64,000 bases of DNA from a virus: positions 126,480 through 190,479 of the IMG/VR virus record IMGVR_UViG_3300009104_000002, one strand, 5' to 3'. The notes beneath the pieces are model-generated. The model made no database searches, was not told where the DNA came from, and worked only from the letters and a program-made list of their open reading frames with translations. A program made the translations under genes and the position numbers. This document shows, one piece after another, positions 31,501 through 39,853 of this stretch (positions within the stretch are counted from its first letter, which is position 1; each line of letters starts with the position of its first letter).

Positions 31501-31627
31501 ATCTATTTTTATTTTTCCAAGTTTCCGAAATATTTCCCAAAGATTCCCCGTCATTCCTTATATCCTCCGGCTCTTGTGAGAATATTGAATACGGTGTTTC
31601 CCCATCAAAAAGATTTCTAATGCTCAT
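22598..31627 (-). CDS. Giant baseplate-wedge/receptor-binding protein (3009 aa): LamG/ConA-like domains plus gp7-like wedge motif
   Basis: ITIEFWLK...FSGSLDEFRFWK (LamG-like), a second LamG-like block, and IYKSKGTTNSFRNLIRCYG (gp7/P2 gpI-type); follows gp25 and gp6. Confidence 0.65.
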   Translation of the reverse strand: MSIRNLFDGETPYSIFSQEPEDIRNDGESLGNISETWKNKNRFIPQIDFSNPENFARYGSAKQYYEDSITRIYENYPYDGASKEKQEFLNQSTYIDLWLLENKYPRTNGYIDISAEGWGGVEPGGFPNIGNYYYGHPTVDEYIHFQGGPHTASGGMIGKALNSTFDDSNIYNENIYDDKGFIDKGSRESNLKTNFDNGITIEFWLKKEGVDINKTQKEVIFDLWNNTTSSLGSYGRVTLELNTFDLFTASPQPFKLTVRSGSDGFISQPFGSSITLAALETFGHYAFRVYNSGSTLNTDFYINGDLIESTSSGSNLNEVTGALNAQIGALITSASNGTSDFAGRGWGKFSGSLDEFRFWKESRTSEDIGRYWFTQVYGGTNSDISNASLGVYYKFNEGIVGDSSIDSSVLDYSGRITNGNWTGYTSNSRKTSSAMVLAGAAQAEFRDPIIYPEHPLVISLSNEMELSGAYYDYNNSTSLYNNFPNWIIDEDTAGDESGNLKKLTQVMSSYLDTLQLQIQEINKIKNISYVSGSNKEIPFSDELLGHIGLISPEIFTDSSVLNQIFNRDEEKDFSDELFNIKNIIYKNIYNNIVSIYKSKGTTNSFRNLIRCYGVDENLIKINAYANNLVYNLNENYDFSYTKKNFVDFYRPDTFNSTIYQQTSSGNPNSVSFISASSDSLEKYTSFTYEVETIFPKKKEIDNNVYYVTPFQTSSIFGFHTADATTPTDFSWPSTDYDLQVYSVRPNTNRNQKDGYLVVTSSFFGIDVQSDIIEDLYTNKKWNIALRFGPTRKHADLVDGTDVSEYDLELYAVNTDADIINQEILLTSSVTTDGDKYLTEPKRIYVGAHRQDFTGSTIHRSDLKISSVKYWMKHLNDSEIIAHAKNSDNFGSYSPYKNSYNFVTSLTGTEIPEMETLALQWRFDQITGSDSGGGVPTVPDAGFTVLDYSSGSSEISQRYSWMGNVVGKQHTGRADFFYPEDIKAINVEFLPVAKQTTPEIVNSYDMVKVFNIEDEQLFTKQTRPVNFYYMIEKSMYRAITDEIVNFFSTILDFNNLIGAPVNRYRQEYKALGKLRSLFFEKVDDTPDVERYIEYYKWIDSSLSEMLMNLFPASAIKQDGLRTVIESHILERNKYWNKYPTVDMKQSDPESGIRGINELLYNWKSGHRPVSGEERESCFWWKERAERDEPPLATGDAGVDSDKEQILSTTISALNRKFSTPLRLKVDESKIISTGLNIKNNIRENIKKSVKFGVSEGIEVPADKLDSTVNCVDDLTPVSKIKIPYEIQNKISADPYMTAAGDLLAPFVSVVTENFLKNGITINSGYNKKINDEFQPGFSIENMHIDSYVNSEVPLQGPFTEKWVGGNQHRHIPLNKGTDNSSNRPEAWNMEFQSVPTALKFIHQPVNSPRAMLYRDMVAKRILNIKNIKDNSATGELGNYRKDYEIVQTCGRTENNSAFVKAGGFSVTESPSPYIAGMNDYAKPQRGRTEHVFVNRFSSPGDPSTAGDSDGGPQLDPEAAEFSVYNAINYRNTEVREIQRLLLSSHVSQFGFYSDSFGIGNGPSFVNSLNYNGTGSVYQVNRNTIRQMKDSGSTTVTASVYNNFYVQHPIPRTDLQYAWITASAISYNTFGYLPYDGEGDLVTFSSASDFVSYARTGFIPSPSSFGSDKKELGSFGAGPFAYTITEFIPTVYNWLNYNVYEPLEYLNSFTGFSPTDVDISSSVNGKLIDGGFMGKLPFDGKPSLLNATLLKRNGPYRHPSWKQTRGYENPLVKKWNSSNITAYNLRDDSAKFREDPPIISKYRPMNHILKVARNVVDSGAPMITFDNLRINSSYGNEKTLFANRQISLDIEKSNDNFLTSYDRVLNLYTNSALDVVANPVQEIKYFSYQEQIYPSTINMYSKRNRERIGYKNTFWRNSREDRTDLGKDKFGGENSQGYVVSQSAWALDAAEQFGTGLSTYIAESASIGSSGELQNDYTMAYRLIDGNVGDDEAILPSPIYARKHTMGSVYSAVSPTGPQALRNAVLSPTFLTSSELTASAWPTISTFNQLGHISIFGGNAKFEAHEMAGYIEDGQFISSPSTPFYDKYELYVHNMRLKNKDMSLIPEFRISDHIQKYLNDSNGFLASNTASFSIFGINQDNTETVFYKTTGSQPFLYDIQVSEDTPQNSGQDNFYRIYSFSDFMEYFDIVSEEHDKIEDLPKSLTLSCKALMKFIAYDGFYPAERTLEIANAFSESYAPFVVGSTYSKDIPGLGPSSAIAGDIDTLKMRPFMAPFFSPGIMYNTIKSGIAVDYPIYTSSYETIRYFNYSGSGAPAAVDYSDYYAVGRDAGEGGILHHRFSFESLLDPVSNIKDISIYDMEPHPSCSIPVTAKLQNPEESDLNLNNYKLIVNNFFGEIPNFFLKNESLTSLVSKNQEDGFTVKNGEYYGMRIAIRGKKSTNSLGLQSAGDVPQQFGKARIGVPSDALNEPELMTMYSRPSAFGPPMAGTSSFSGTFDASPGLIVDTLLNDSVNGYYTPYTPPYYIGEAWADVMFQASADGNVTLDEIFANASVKYWRVFNNFINGTLNAGGQWPSGEDNSYPMHQKNINLNAMQISSSVNLFLKEFVPSNDLTKLTPRWVIQSKFETPILNFGDQKTSPLNFGNITTPTTGSDPWLGYCGKTTTPIGMWHQFGTIPEGNNGISLEVREISQQWREYAADPGAIIGGTPLSPEDRAFYNDGNFKSLAEVVGFSESTAGAPTTKVSRMGKLSDSKKVYEAVVAVPFVENEAIKKLGKAENLNRDKKLFFELPVIASFAEDTEINKRNPKVLFPPGTSQDILDMAEKVWKRYVFPPQFDFIRNLKTKPVAMYIFDFEHTFDKNDLSYIWQNIAPKFGTQFKESVATISHPLMTGEMIKTMKNKVKWMVFKVKQRAETNYYNKIVGSSKAEDRLFGYNWPYDNFSMVEFAKMDAQISYGSPLTLDTSLAPVSQTGLPSTNDISLTNTSTTAEAKKRKSDVLTQGAVAKQLSEQEKK

Positions 31628-33099
31628 GCGTTTTCTACCCTAAATTTCCACTCATATGGCTGCTCTATATAACTATCTACAGACTCGTCATAGTATGCAA
31701 CACTAATTTTATAAGAATAGCCAGACTCCAGCAACCCCATATCAAAATCAAAATAATTCCCACTCATATCATATGATAATGCTGTAGCATTATCGCTTCC
31801 GGTATCGTGTGGTACCACAATCAAATCATCAATAATTCTAGTTATTTGATAGGACGCGCTCTCGATTGTCATAGTATCTGTCTCTGTTGTTGCGACAGTA
31901 TAAATTGTTGGACTCCAATCCTTGTCTCTGACATAAAATTCAAATCTTGTTGTCTCATTTTGATTATAAACTGACTTTAGATTTGTCAAAGCTGTGACCA
32001 ATTTTGGATATGGACTATAAGTACTTGCTGCGTACTGGGTGATTGCGAATGTGCCGGTATGATAAACCTCCGTCATTCCAAAATCAAACCACCTATCATA
32101 AGCAACGCTTGAAGTAGTATCAAGAGAAAAAGAAGCAGTATAAATTCCCGTAGATGAGTGACCCCCGGTGATAGTTGGTCCGATTGTAGATCCACCCGAT
32201 ATTGAATCATATATACAAACCTTCAACTGGCCTGTTCCAATACCTGGAATGTTTTTTAGTCTTCCTCTTATAACATTATATAGATACAGGGTTTGTATAT
32301 TTTCTTCTGCTGTTACTAGGGAGCTGCTGGCATAAAAATTACCCCTATCATCTTTTATTGTATTATTCCATTTTGCCTCTATTGTTGGGCGCTTGAAGAA
32401 ATATTCAGATCCCCTTCCAAAAAATTTCTTCGTATACCAAGTATCTGTACTTCCGCCTGGATTAAAGAGTTGGCTTCCCACATCAGCACCCACAGAGTTT
32501 GAAAAAAAGGCCTCCTGACTAGAGGTAAAGTGTATTCCAATTCCATAATTATCTATTGTTCCATCTATCCAATTTTCTACCAAAGCTGTAATGTCCATTT
32601 TAAGATTTTCATTTCCAATCGGGAAAACTTGAGAATATACCGGCGATGATAAATAATCTCCGCCCTCTCTTGTCCATGGTACTGATTTTCCAGCATTTAT
32701 CCAGTTTGATCCCTCATTTTGTTTAACGACATCTTTATATTCATCCATATCAAGGCCGGTGCCCTCTTGCCACGATTGAGATATAGGCAATATAACCAAT
32801 TCGCCTTCCCTTGGGGTAGTCTGATTATGCGGAGCATTATACATATTTAAGTAAAAACTAACTTTTCCACTATCGGGGATAATCCCAGAAGACCTATCGG
32901 AAGATATTTGACTTACTGGAAATTTTATTAATATTCTTTCCAACTCCGTGGATCCAGAAGATGCCTGACCGTAGATTGAAAATGTTTCCAAAATGTCCGA
33001 AAGACCCATGTTCGCGCCTGTTCCGCGAGTTTGCAAATCCATCTTAAATGCATTTGTTATAGTATTGTCAGCATCAGAAAAGTATTTTTTAATCGCCAT
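31624..33099 (-). CDS. Baseplate-associated structural protein (491 aa)
   Basis: Lies between gp6-like and gp7-like genes; beta-rich ERILIKF...FYLNMYNA...ILPISQSWQEGTG region reminiscent of DNRLRE-type domains. Confidence 0.5.
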   Translation of the reverse strand: MAIKKYFSDADNTITNAFKMDLQTRGTGANMGLSDILETFSIYGQASSGSTELERILIKFPVSQISSDRSSGIIPDSGKVSFYLNMYNAPHNQTTPREGELVILPISQSWQEGTGLDMDEYKDVVKQNEGSNWINAGKSVPWTREGGDYLSSPVYSQVFPIGNENLKMDITALVENWIDGTIDNYGIGIHFTSSQEAFFSNSVGADVGSQLFNPGGSTDTWYTKKFFGRGSEYFFKRPTIEAKWNNTIKDDRGNFYASSSLVTAEENIQTLYLYNVIRGRLKNIPGIGTGQLKVCIYDSISGGSTIGPTITGGHSSTGIYTASFSLDTTSSVAYDRWFDFGMTEVYHTGTFAITQYAASTYSPYPKLVTALTNLKSVYNQNETTRFEFYVRDKDWSPTIYTVATTETDTMTIESASYQITRIIDDLIVVPHDTGSDNATALSYDMSGNYFDFDMGLLESGYSYKISVAYYDESVDSYIEQPYEWKFRVENA

Positions 33100-34892
33100 T
33101 ATTTCACCACTCCAGTTATATCTACATTGGGAAATTTTACCTCAAAACAAACATTTGCTGGACAAGATAAATATCTTCCATCTGCAGATAAATTTTCTGA
33201 TATATTATATCCGACATCCGAATAAATTCCCCCATTTTTGTTTATGAGAAATACATTTTGTGTGTCTATTACTCCCCTTATCCTATTAAGTTCGTAATAA
33301 ATATCAGTTATATAGAGGGGGTCTCCCATTTGTAGTGGTTTTAAATATTTTTCTGCCAATACACTAATACATTCACTATATATATCCTCCTTATTGAAGC
33401 TTGGATCTCCGATTATTTCGAAAGAAATTCCCAAATTAACCATCTTTCCATCGACAATATCGATTGTATCATTGATCATTTTATAATTTGATATCCAAAT
33501 TCTTAAATTTTCCTTCAGAACACTATTGGCAAGAGTCAATTTACCATTATAATCAGTAGAGAGAATATATAAGTTAAGATTTCTCTTAAAAGAGTCTTGA
33601 TCCATGATTATGTTGCACCTATTAATGGACCCATATTTTGCTGGCATTGCATAGGTCATAGATTCATAATCTCCCAATGTCACTGCTCGATTTTGGGTTG
33701 AAAAATAAGAGATTGCTCTTTGCTTTATTTCTTCATTTGAGGGTGAGACAGATGATCCAACTATTTGCTCCTCATTGTTTACTTCGATAGATGTACGCAC
33801 TTGATTCAACTTTCTCGAATTTAAGGATGATACATCTATAAAATCGACTTTTAAATCTGAAATTGTTCTTATAGCTCCAGATGGTGCATTTGGATTGGAA
33901 TTACTATTTCTTCTATAAGTTACTTTCAATTGTGTATCCGATGGAGAAATTCCCAAAGAATCGGTCGTCATCAGCTTTGATGGGTCCAAATTTACGTCGG
34001 TTACATAATCTCTGCCGTATAATTTTAAAGAAACAGAAGATGGATCCGCCACAGGATCGATTGTCAATTCGTCCTCGGATCCAAATCCAAATTGCAAATA
34101 ATAATTTTCCCCATCATATTCAAAAGTAAATCTTCTCGGAACGATAATCGGTCTCAAGAGTTCACGAACAGTATCAAAATTATTGTTTTTATTTGCAAAA
34201 GATCTGTACACAACATTTTGTGCCAAGTGATCTACCTGATAATATAGATTGCCATCTGTATCCTCCACGGACAAAATTTCTACAATCTGCGTGTCTCCTA
34301 AAATAACTTTTCTAAATCTTTTGAAATCTCCAATATCATATATTTCTTGTATAATATCTCCTGATATTACTTTTCCCGTTGCTCGTACTGCATAGTGAGT
34401 TGGAACACCAGTCGAGGGATCAACTCTTCCGACAACAATCTCATTTGCAGGATTATCGAATCTCACATCTTCAGTTAAAATAAAATTTTTCCCCTGATCT
34501 GTAGAAAATGTCGACTGCTGCCGAATGATCGGGAAAAAAGACGTATCGGGGCCCAAACCCAATGTATTTGCCGGGATCAAAGTATAAAGAGATACGAGAC
34601 CAGAAGAGGAAGCCACATCATTATACTTATATCCCATCTGCCTTGACAAATTAATTATATTTCTTTTTTCAAAGGCTGTTTGCAAAAAGGATTCATTAAC
34701 CTGATAATCTAGATAATAAGATAGGACATCACCAACATATGAAACGGTATCCATCATGAGAGACCCGAAAGATGCCTCATTAAAATCTTGATATACTTCT
34801 GGATAATATCTTTTTGCATAATCCACCAAAGATTTTTTTATCGAATCAAAATCTCTAGAGGTATAATCAATTGATACTTTTTTCTTGGCCAT
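33099..34892 (-). CDS. Baseplate wedge subunit, T4 gp6-like
   Basis: IDYTSRDFDSIKKSL...DFNEASFGSLMMD...YYLDYQVNESFLQTA and QNRAVTLGDY. Confidence 0.88.
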   Translation of the reverse strand: MAKKKVSIDYTSRDFDSIKKSLVDYAKRYYPEVYQDFNEASFGSLMMDTVSYVGDVLSYYLDYQVNESFLQTAFEKRNIINLSRQMGYKYNDVASSSGLVSLYTLIPANTLGLGPDTSFFPIIRQQSTFSTDQGKNFILTEDVRFDNPANEIVVGRVDPSTGVPTHYAVRATGKVISGDIIQEIYDIGDFKRFRKVILGDTQIVEILSVEDTDGNLYYQVDHLAQNVVYRSFANKNNNFDTVRELLRPIIVPRRFTFEYDGENYYLQFGFGSEDELTIDPVADPSSVSLKLYGRDYVTDVNLDPSKLMTTDSLGISPSDTQLKVTYRRNSNSNPNAPSGAIRTISDLKVDFIDVSSLNSRKLNQVRTSIEVNNEEQIVGSSVSPSNEEIKQRAISYFSTQNRAVTLGDYESMTYAMPAKYGSINRCNIIMDQDSFKRNLNLYILSTDYNGKLTLANSVLKENLRIWISNYKMINDTIDIVDGKMVNLGISFEIIGDPSFNKEDIYSECISVLAEKYLKPLQMGDPLYITDIYYELNRIRGVIDTQNVFLINKNGGIYSDVGYNISENLSADGRYLSCPANVCFEVKFPNVDITGVVK

Positions 34893-34905
34893 TTATATGT
34901 TTCCT

Positions 34906-35304
34906 TTAAATTCCTTGTGCGTCGTCCGAGGACAAATTGAGAAATAATTTCTCGTTTGTTGTAAATCCCGGTATGAAATATGTTATAATTACTCTCCAGG
35001 TATTTGCAATTTCTTCCGGCAAAAATACTTCCATATTTGTTAAGGAAATATATGGTATATATTTGTCGACCTGCTGATATGTTCTCTCTATTAGGAGCGT
35101 TTTTTGTATATCTGAATCTTGACTGAAAAGATATCTGCTTATTCCCACCCCAAAATCTGGATTCATTATTCTCTCTCCAGGGTTTGTCAGCACTAACATT
35201 TTCAAATTTTGAGCACCGACTTCTTTGATTGTCTTCAATAATCCATATGGACCATCTATTTGGTTAACAATTAATGGTAATTTTGGAGAAAATCCATATG
35301 CCAC
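34906..35304 (-). CDS. Baseplate wedge subunit, T4 gp25-like
   Basis: QNLKMLVLTNPGERIMNPDFGVGI; immediately upstream of gp6. Confidence 0.88.
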   Translation of the reverse strand: MAYGFSPKLPLIVNQIDGPYGLLKTIKEVGAQNLKMLVLTNPGERIMNPDFGVGISRYLFSQDSDIQKTLLIERTYQQVDKYIPYISLTNMEVFLPEEIANTWRVIITYFIPGFTTNEKLFLNLSSDDAQGI

Positions 35305-35305
35305 T

Positions 35306-38300
35306 TTATATTTCCTTTTTTATTGCTTTAAATAAAAACTTTTTAGAATTAACAAATGCCCTCCCAGAAGTGTCCGGAAAATCTCTTGATTTCCACCTGG
35401 TAACATCTGAGGGGTAATCTCCTGCTTCTAAAAATGTTGAAAAACTTTCACTAGTATAAATAGTGTTCAAAGATAATAAATTTTCTATATTCATTCCCTT
35501 ATAATAAAAATTATTAAATTCATCAGTACTCACTAAGCCCTCTAGCATTTCACTAACGTCATATTCATCAATAATTGATCTACTCATTACCCTGTCTTCT
35601 ATTTCTTTTTCGAATTTTATTATGGGAAACAGAAATATATTTCTTTCAGGATCTTTATTTTTCAACAAAAATGCCTTGTTATTTTCCCTCTGTTGTTCAG
35701 TAAAGGTGTCCACGCCTACACCCACAGACGAAGAGCCGCCGGCAGAAGATATTCTTATTCCAAATTTCCAACTATCATAAAATTGACTAATACTTGCCCC
35801 AGATTCTACTATTCTTTTTTGAAAATCTTGCAAATTTTCAACTATTTCTGTCCCGTCTTTAGAGGTTATTTTTATATATTTCTCGATCGAATCTCCCAAC
35901 AAATCTACGAAGGATTCGAGATCAAGCCCAATATCATCGACATTATTAAATACATCCCTTATTTGTAATTCTTCAGAAATATATCCCTTTGTTGTTGAAA
36001 ATTTTGGAATTTCACGGAAGCCCTCCAGCGATCTCAACGCTAATTGAAAACTCTTTATGCATCCTTGAAAAATATTCTCTATCATATCTTTAGCAACATT
36101 TTCTAAATCACCCTGAAGATTTTCCAAAAAATCTTCCTTATTTCTGGGGATTGATCGATTTATCCACGAAGATATTTGATCATTGATATTCCCGATGCTT
36201 TCTTCTGTATTGTTATTTTTTATTTCATAAATTCCTGACTCTACACCTTTTAAATATATTTGTGTCATGCCTTCAAAAAAAGATAGCTTTAATTTGTCTG
36301 ATCCGAAGCCATATTTTTCCATATTTTGAATTAATTTTTCATATATATATGAAGAAATAATATCACCTTCTTGAAATAAATCTGGAGAAAATGTTTCAAA
36401 CAATTGAGTAGATTTCCAACATTGTTCTGAAATTATCAATCTTATTATTAAATCGAAATACAAATATCTTTGCACTATTTCAGATTTTGTTAAAATATCA
36501 TTAAATGGTATGTTTTTTGATTTTTGTAAATTTGCTTGGGGAGGATCATCCAGAGCCTTGTAAAATTCTTTTGCAGATGATTTGGGGGCGCCCAACAAAA
36601 GCGGTATTAAATCTTTATTATTTTTTAGGCCATTATAGATTCCATTTTCCTTTTTCCAGCCCAAATAAAACCATCCCTTTCCGGAGATTTGATCTTTTAT
36701 ATCTTTGTAATACCCATCTACAATATCCGGGTAAATATTGCTCATATATTTATTTATTATCTCATTCTTTGTCGATAAATCAAGAAAGCCCAAATTTTCA
36801 CTTAAGAGGTCTACAATTTTCTGAGACGAGGGCGCGTAAGTTATTCCCTTTCCTTGTTCTTTTAAATTTAAAACTTCATTCCCATTATTTTTAATTATGA
36901 TGCCGTCATTTTCTAGAAGAGTTATATTGTCTGATCCATAATTCAGCTTCACATTGTACAATTTGTTTAGCTTGGGATTGATATTGGGGATGCTACCTTC
37001 TAGGTCTGGCTTCCAATTCTCGAAAACGCCGATATTAGATCGAATTTGTTCTAAAAGATCGGTGCCATCTGGCAAACTGATGATATCCGGTAACACCCTT
37101 GCTTGCACTAGTAAACTGTTCATTGCTGTTAGGGCATTATTGTAGCTTGTTCCCTCTACGCTGAGAACCATATCTAAGAGGCCCTCCACTTCAAATAGAT
37201 CTGTGTAGTATAACTCCTTTAATCCATTTACGATAGTATCTACAACAACATTGTGAAATTCTGCTTGTTGTTCCCTCACCTTTCCAAGTATTGGTCCGTT
37301 TTTATCAGTCAATATTTCAGATATTTTTCCGATCATGGGGCCGGCGGGGTCTCCGATCATATCAACCGCATAGCATATCTTATTTTTTTGAATATCTTTT
37401 AGGGTTTCCTTCATTTTATCAATCTGTTCTTGCGTTATTTCTGGCTTATTGTTGAAATAGGCCAAGTCTAACATTGAAGAATCCTCTTTTTGGCAAAAAA
37501 TATCCCCGTCAATTGTTTGAAGTCCCTTGAAATAGGCCCTTTCTAGTGATGATATGTCTATCAATTTCCCCATTTCTAAAAAAAAGAGTTCTATATCTCC
37601 ATAATTTCTCAAATTCTGACTTATTGCGGGAAAATTTCCGCCTTGTATCAATTCTGTTATCTTTTGAAAGGTAGTATCTCCGGATAACCCCTTCAATAAT
37701 TTAATTTTTTCATATTCTCCGAGCATTTTTGAAGACGATTGTAGAAAACGATTGATTTCATCATTGCTAATGTCCCCAGAAGAGGGTGAAGGCATATTTT
37801 TTATGACATCATTTATCGCATTATTGATATTTGTTCTACTATTGCTGCTTTTTCCAGACGAATTGGCGATTGCATTTTGCAAATAATCCTCTTTTTGAAA
37901 AAAATCAGGGATATAGTCCCCATTCTTAAAATAATTCACATCTCCAGATATTCCTGCTGATATTATTTGGAATAATTGGTTCATTGTCGCGATGATTAGC
38001 TTTACGGTGAGATTTATTATGAGATTTTTTGCCTCTTCAACGATAATTCCAACGATTATTGATGGCTTTGGGGTTAAAGAGACAACGGCGCTCAAAATAT
38101 CGTCTATTTCTGGAATTTGGAATCTTCCATCACACCAATTGGAAGTAATTCCCGATTGTGCAACCAATCTTGGGGCAGCGCATTTGTCCAGGATGCTCTT
38201 TGTCATGTCTGTAAAGAAATTTAGCCACCCCATCTCATCCGGAAATGAATTGACCAAGACATTTAGGGTATCTTGTGCATCAACGGACGCTATAATCGAA

Positions 38301-39853
38301 TCTTTATACGCTGAAAATCTAAAATCTATATCTGTTTCTTCCTCGGCAGTTGGTATTTTGAATGTATATTGCGCGATAATCGGATCGTCGGTTTCAAGAT
38401 CCTTAAAATAATCCGGTGGTGTATATCCTGCGGCCTTCCAGGGCGGGATTGTGTCACCAACAAACTTCCTATATCTCTCCAAAACTTCCGTATTTTTCCC
38501 CAATCGAATCAATTCCGCCTCTAATTTGGAAACATTTTCATTCTTTAGGTTCTGCAAGGCGCATTTTGATAGTTCATCAGAGTATTCTTGAGGTTCCAGA
38601 TAGGAAAAAACAGTATTTACGGCCAATGAAGTCAAATCTCCAATGCCGCAAAGGCCCAGACGATTTAAAAAATCCTTTCCAAGACTTTGGAGGGCCGCTT
38701 CCCCTTGTTTTTTCATTATTTTTTGCAATACATCCGGCAAACTAATAAAAAATGTATCCTGAACGGCCAAAGAATATTGTCGAGCAAAATTCCTTCTCTT
38801 TAATTCGTCCTTTGAAAGTCTTTCGTTGAGTTTTTTTCTATCCTCTGGTGTCATACAGGGGGATGATGACACAGACATTAACACTTCATCCTTCAAAAGA
38901 GACAGGGATTTATTCGATATCTCCTTCATAGAAGAAATATTCTTGGATACCATACTATTATCAACACCGTATGCTGCCCCAGAGTTATTAGTTCTCTTGA
39001 TTGCAGATACATTTGGCTCTGATATTGTTGGTTTATTTAGAAAATATGATTTTATAGCATCCCTGAACGTGAAATCGCTTCTTTTGATATCTTTTTCCAA
39101 GTTTGCCAAATTATAAATAAAAAATGTTGTATTTCCCCTGTCTTGCGGGTCAGATTCTCTATATTCACTGAATTGTTTCAGCAGAATTTTGTTTTCCAAT
39201 ATTGAACTCATGAGAGAAATTCTTAATATTTTATATTCCTGATCAAACGAGAATTCTATTCTCTCATAGTCTGAAACATTTACATTGTTATTCTCTATTA
39301 GATCATTTAGGCTTTTTCTAAATTTGAATAATTTTTCAGATTCAACTTGAAAATCTAAACCAGAGTAAACAATCCTGGAGCCCCTATAGAGGTCCCTTAC
39401 ATAATCTTTTTGATATCTTACAAACATGTTTGATACTATCTCTATTTTATCAAAAAAGGAATTAATGGAAAATAATACGTCTATGGAATTTTCAATTTCA
39501 ACTTCTTCTAAATCTTCTAAACTCTCAACTTCCTCTCGCGGGATTCCCAGTAAAATTTTCTCTTTCGTAAGAGGTGCTGGATCGATATAGTGATTTATCA
39601 AGACCACTTTTGTCTCTAACTCTTCTAAAATTTCATCATCATATTGTTTCGCTAAATTATTTAAGACATTTATAATGAAATCTCGATTATATTTTAAAGA
39701 AAAATTAATTAATTCATCGTCGGCCACGACTTCCTTATCTGTCACAATACTTGAGACATATAGATCACCACCTTGGTCAAAATAAACTTTTTTATTTATC
39801 GCAAGAGGCCAATCTTTTAATAATGGCGGAAATGATGTGTTCACGGAAGTCAT
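35306..39853 (-). CDS. Large helical hypothetical protein (1515 aa) in the baseplate module
   Basis: Intact ORF between the spike-like gene and gp25; no catalytic motif seen. Confidence 0.5.
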   Translation of the reverse strand: MTSVNTSFPPLLKDWPLAINKKVYFDQGGDLYVSSIVTDKEVVADDELINFSLKYNRDFIINVLNNLAKQYDDEILEELETKVVLINHYIDPAPLTKEKILLGIPREEVESLEDLEEVEIENSIDVLFSINSFFDKIEIVSNMFVRYQKDYVRDLYRGSRIVYSGLDFQVESEKLFKFRKSLNDLIENNNVNVSDYERIEFSFDQEYKILRISLMSSILENKILLKQFSEYRESDPQDRGNTTFFIYNLANLEKDIKRSDFTFRDAIKSYFLNKPTISEPNVSAIKRTNNSGAAYGVDNSMVSKNISSMKEISNKSLSLLKDEVLMSVSSSPCMTPEDRKKLNERLSKDELKRRNFARQYSLAVQDTFFISLPDVLQKIMKKQGEAALQSLGKDFLNRLGLCGIGDLTSLAVNTVFSYLEPQEYSDELSKCALQNLKNENVSKLEAELIRLGKNTEVLERYRKFVGDTIPPWKAAGYTPPDYFKDLETDDPIIAQYTFKIPTAEEETDIDFRFSAYKDSIIASVDAQDTLNVLVNSFPDEMGWLNFFTDMTKSILDKCAAPRLVAQSGITSNWCDGRFQIPEIDDILSAVVSLTPKPSIIVGIIVEEAKNLIINLTVKLIIATMNQLFQIISAGISGDVNYFKNGDYIPDFFQKEDYLQNAIANSSGKSSNSRTNINNAINDVIKNMPSPSSGDISNDEINRFLQSSSKMLGEYEKIKLLKGLSGDTTFQKITELIQGGNFPAISQNLRNYGDIELFFLEMGKLIDISSLERAYFKGLQTIDGDIFCQKEDSSMLDLAYFNNKPEITQEQIDKMKETLKDIQKNKICYAVDMIGDPAGPMIGKISEILTDKNGPILGKVREQQAEFHNVVVDTIVNGLKELYYTDLFEVEGLLDMVLSVEGTSYNNALTAMNSLLVQARVLPDIISLPDGTDLLEQIRSNIGVFENWKPDLEGSIPNINPKLNKLYNVKLNYGSDNITLLENDGIIIKNNGNEVLNLKEQGKGITYAPSSQKIVDLLSENLGFLDLSTKNEIINKYMSNIYPDIVDGYYKDIKDQISGKGWFYLGWKKENGIYNGLKNNKDLIPLLLGAPKSSAKEFYKALDDPPQANLQKSKNIPFNDILTKSEIVQRYLYFDLIIRLIISEQCWKSTQLFETFSPDLFQEGDIISSYIYEKLIQNMEKYGFGSDKLKLSFFEGMTQIYLKGVESGIYEIKNNNTEESIGNINDQISSWINRSIPRNKEDFLENLQGDLENVAKDMIENIFQGCIKSFQLALRSLEGFREIPKFSTTKGYISEELQIRDVFNNVDDIGLDLESFVDLLGDSIEKYIKITSKDGTEIVENLQDFQKRIVESGASISQFYDSWKFGIRISSAGGSSSVGVGVDTFTEQQRENNKAFLLKNKDPERNIFLFPIIKFEKEIEDRVMSRSIIDEYDVSEMLEGLVSTDEFNNFYYKGMNIENLLSLNTIYTSESFSTFLEAGDYPSDVTRWKSRDFPDTSGRAFVNSKKFLFKAIKKEI

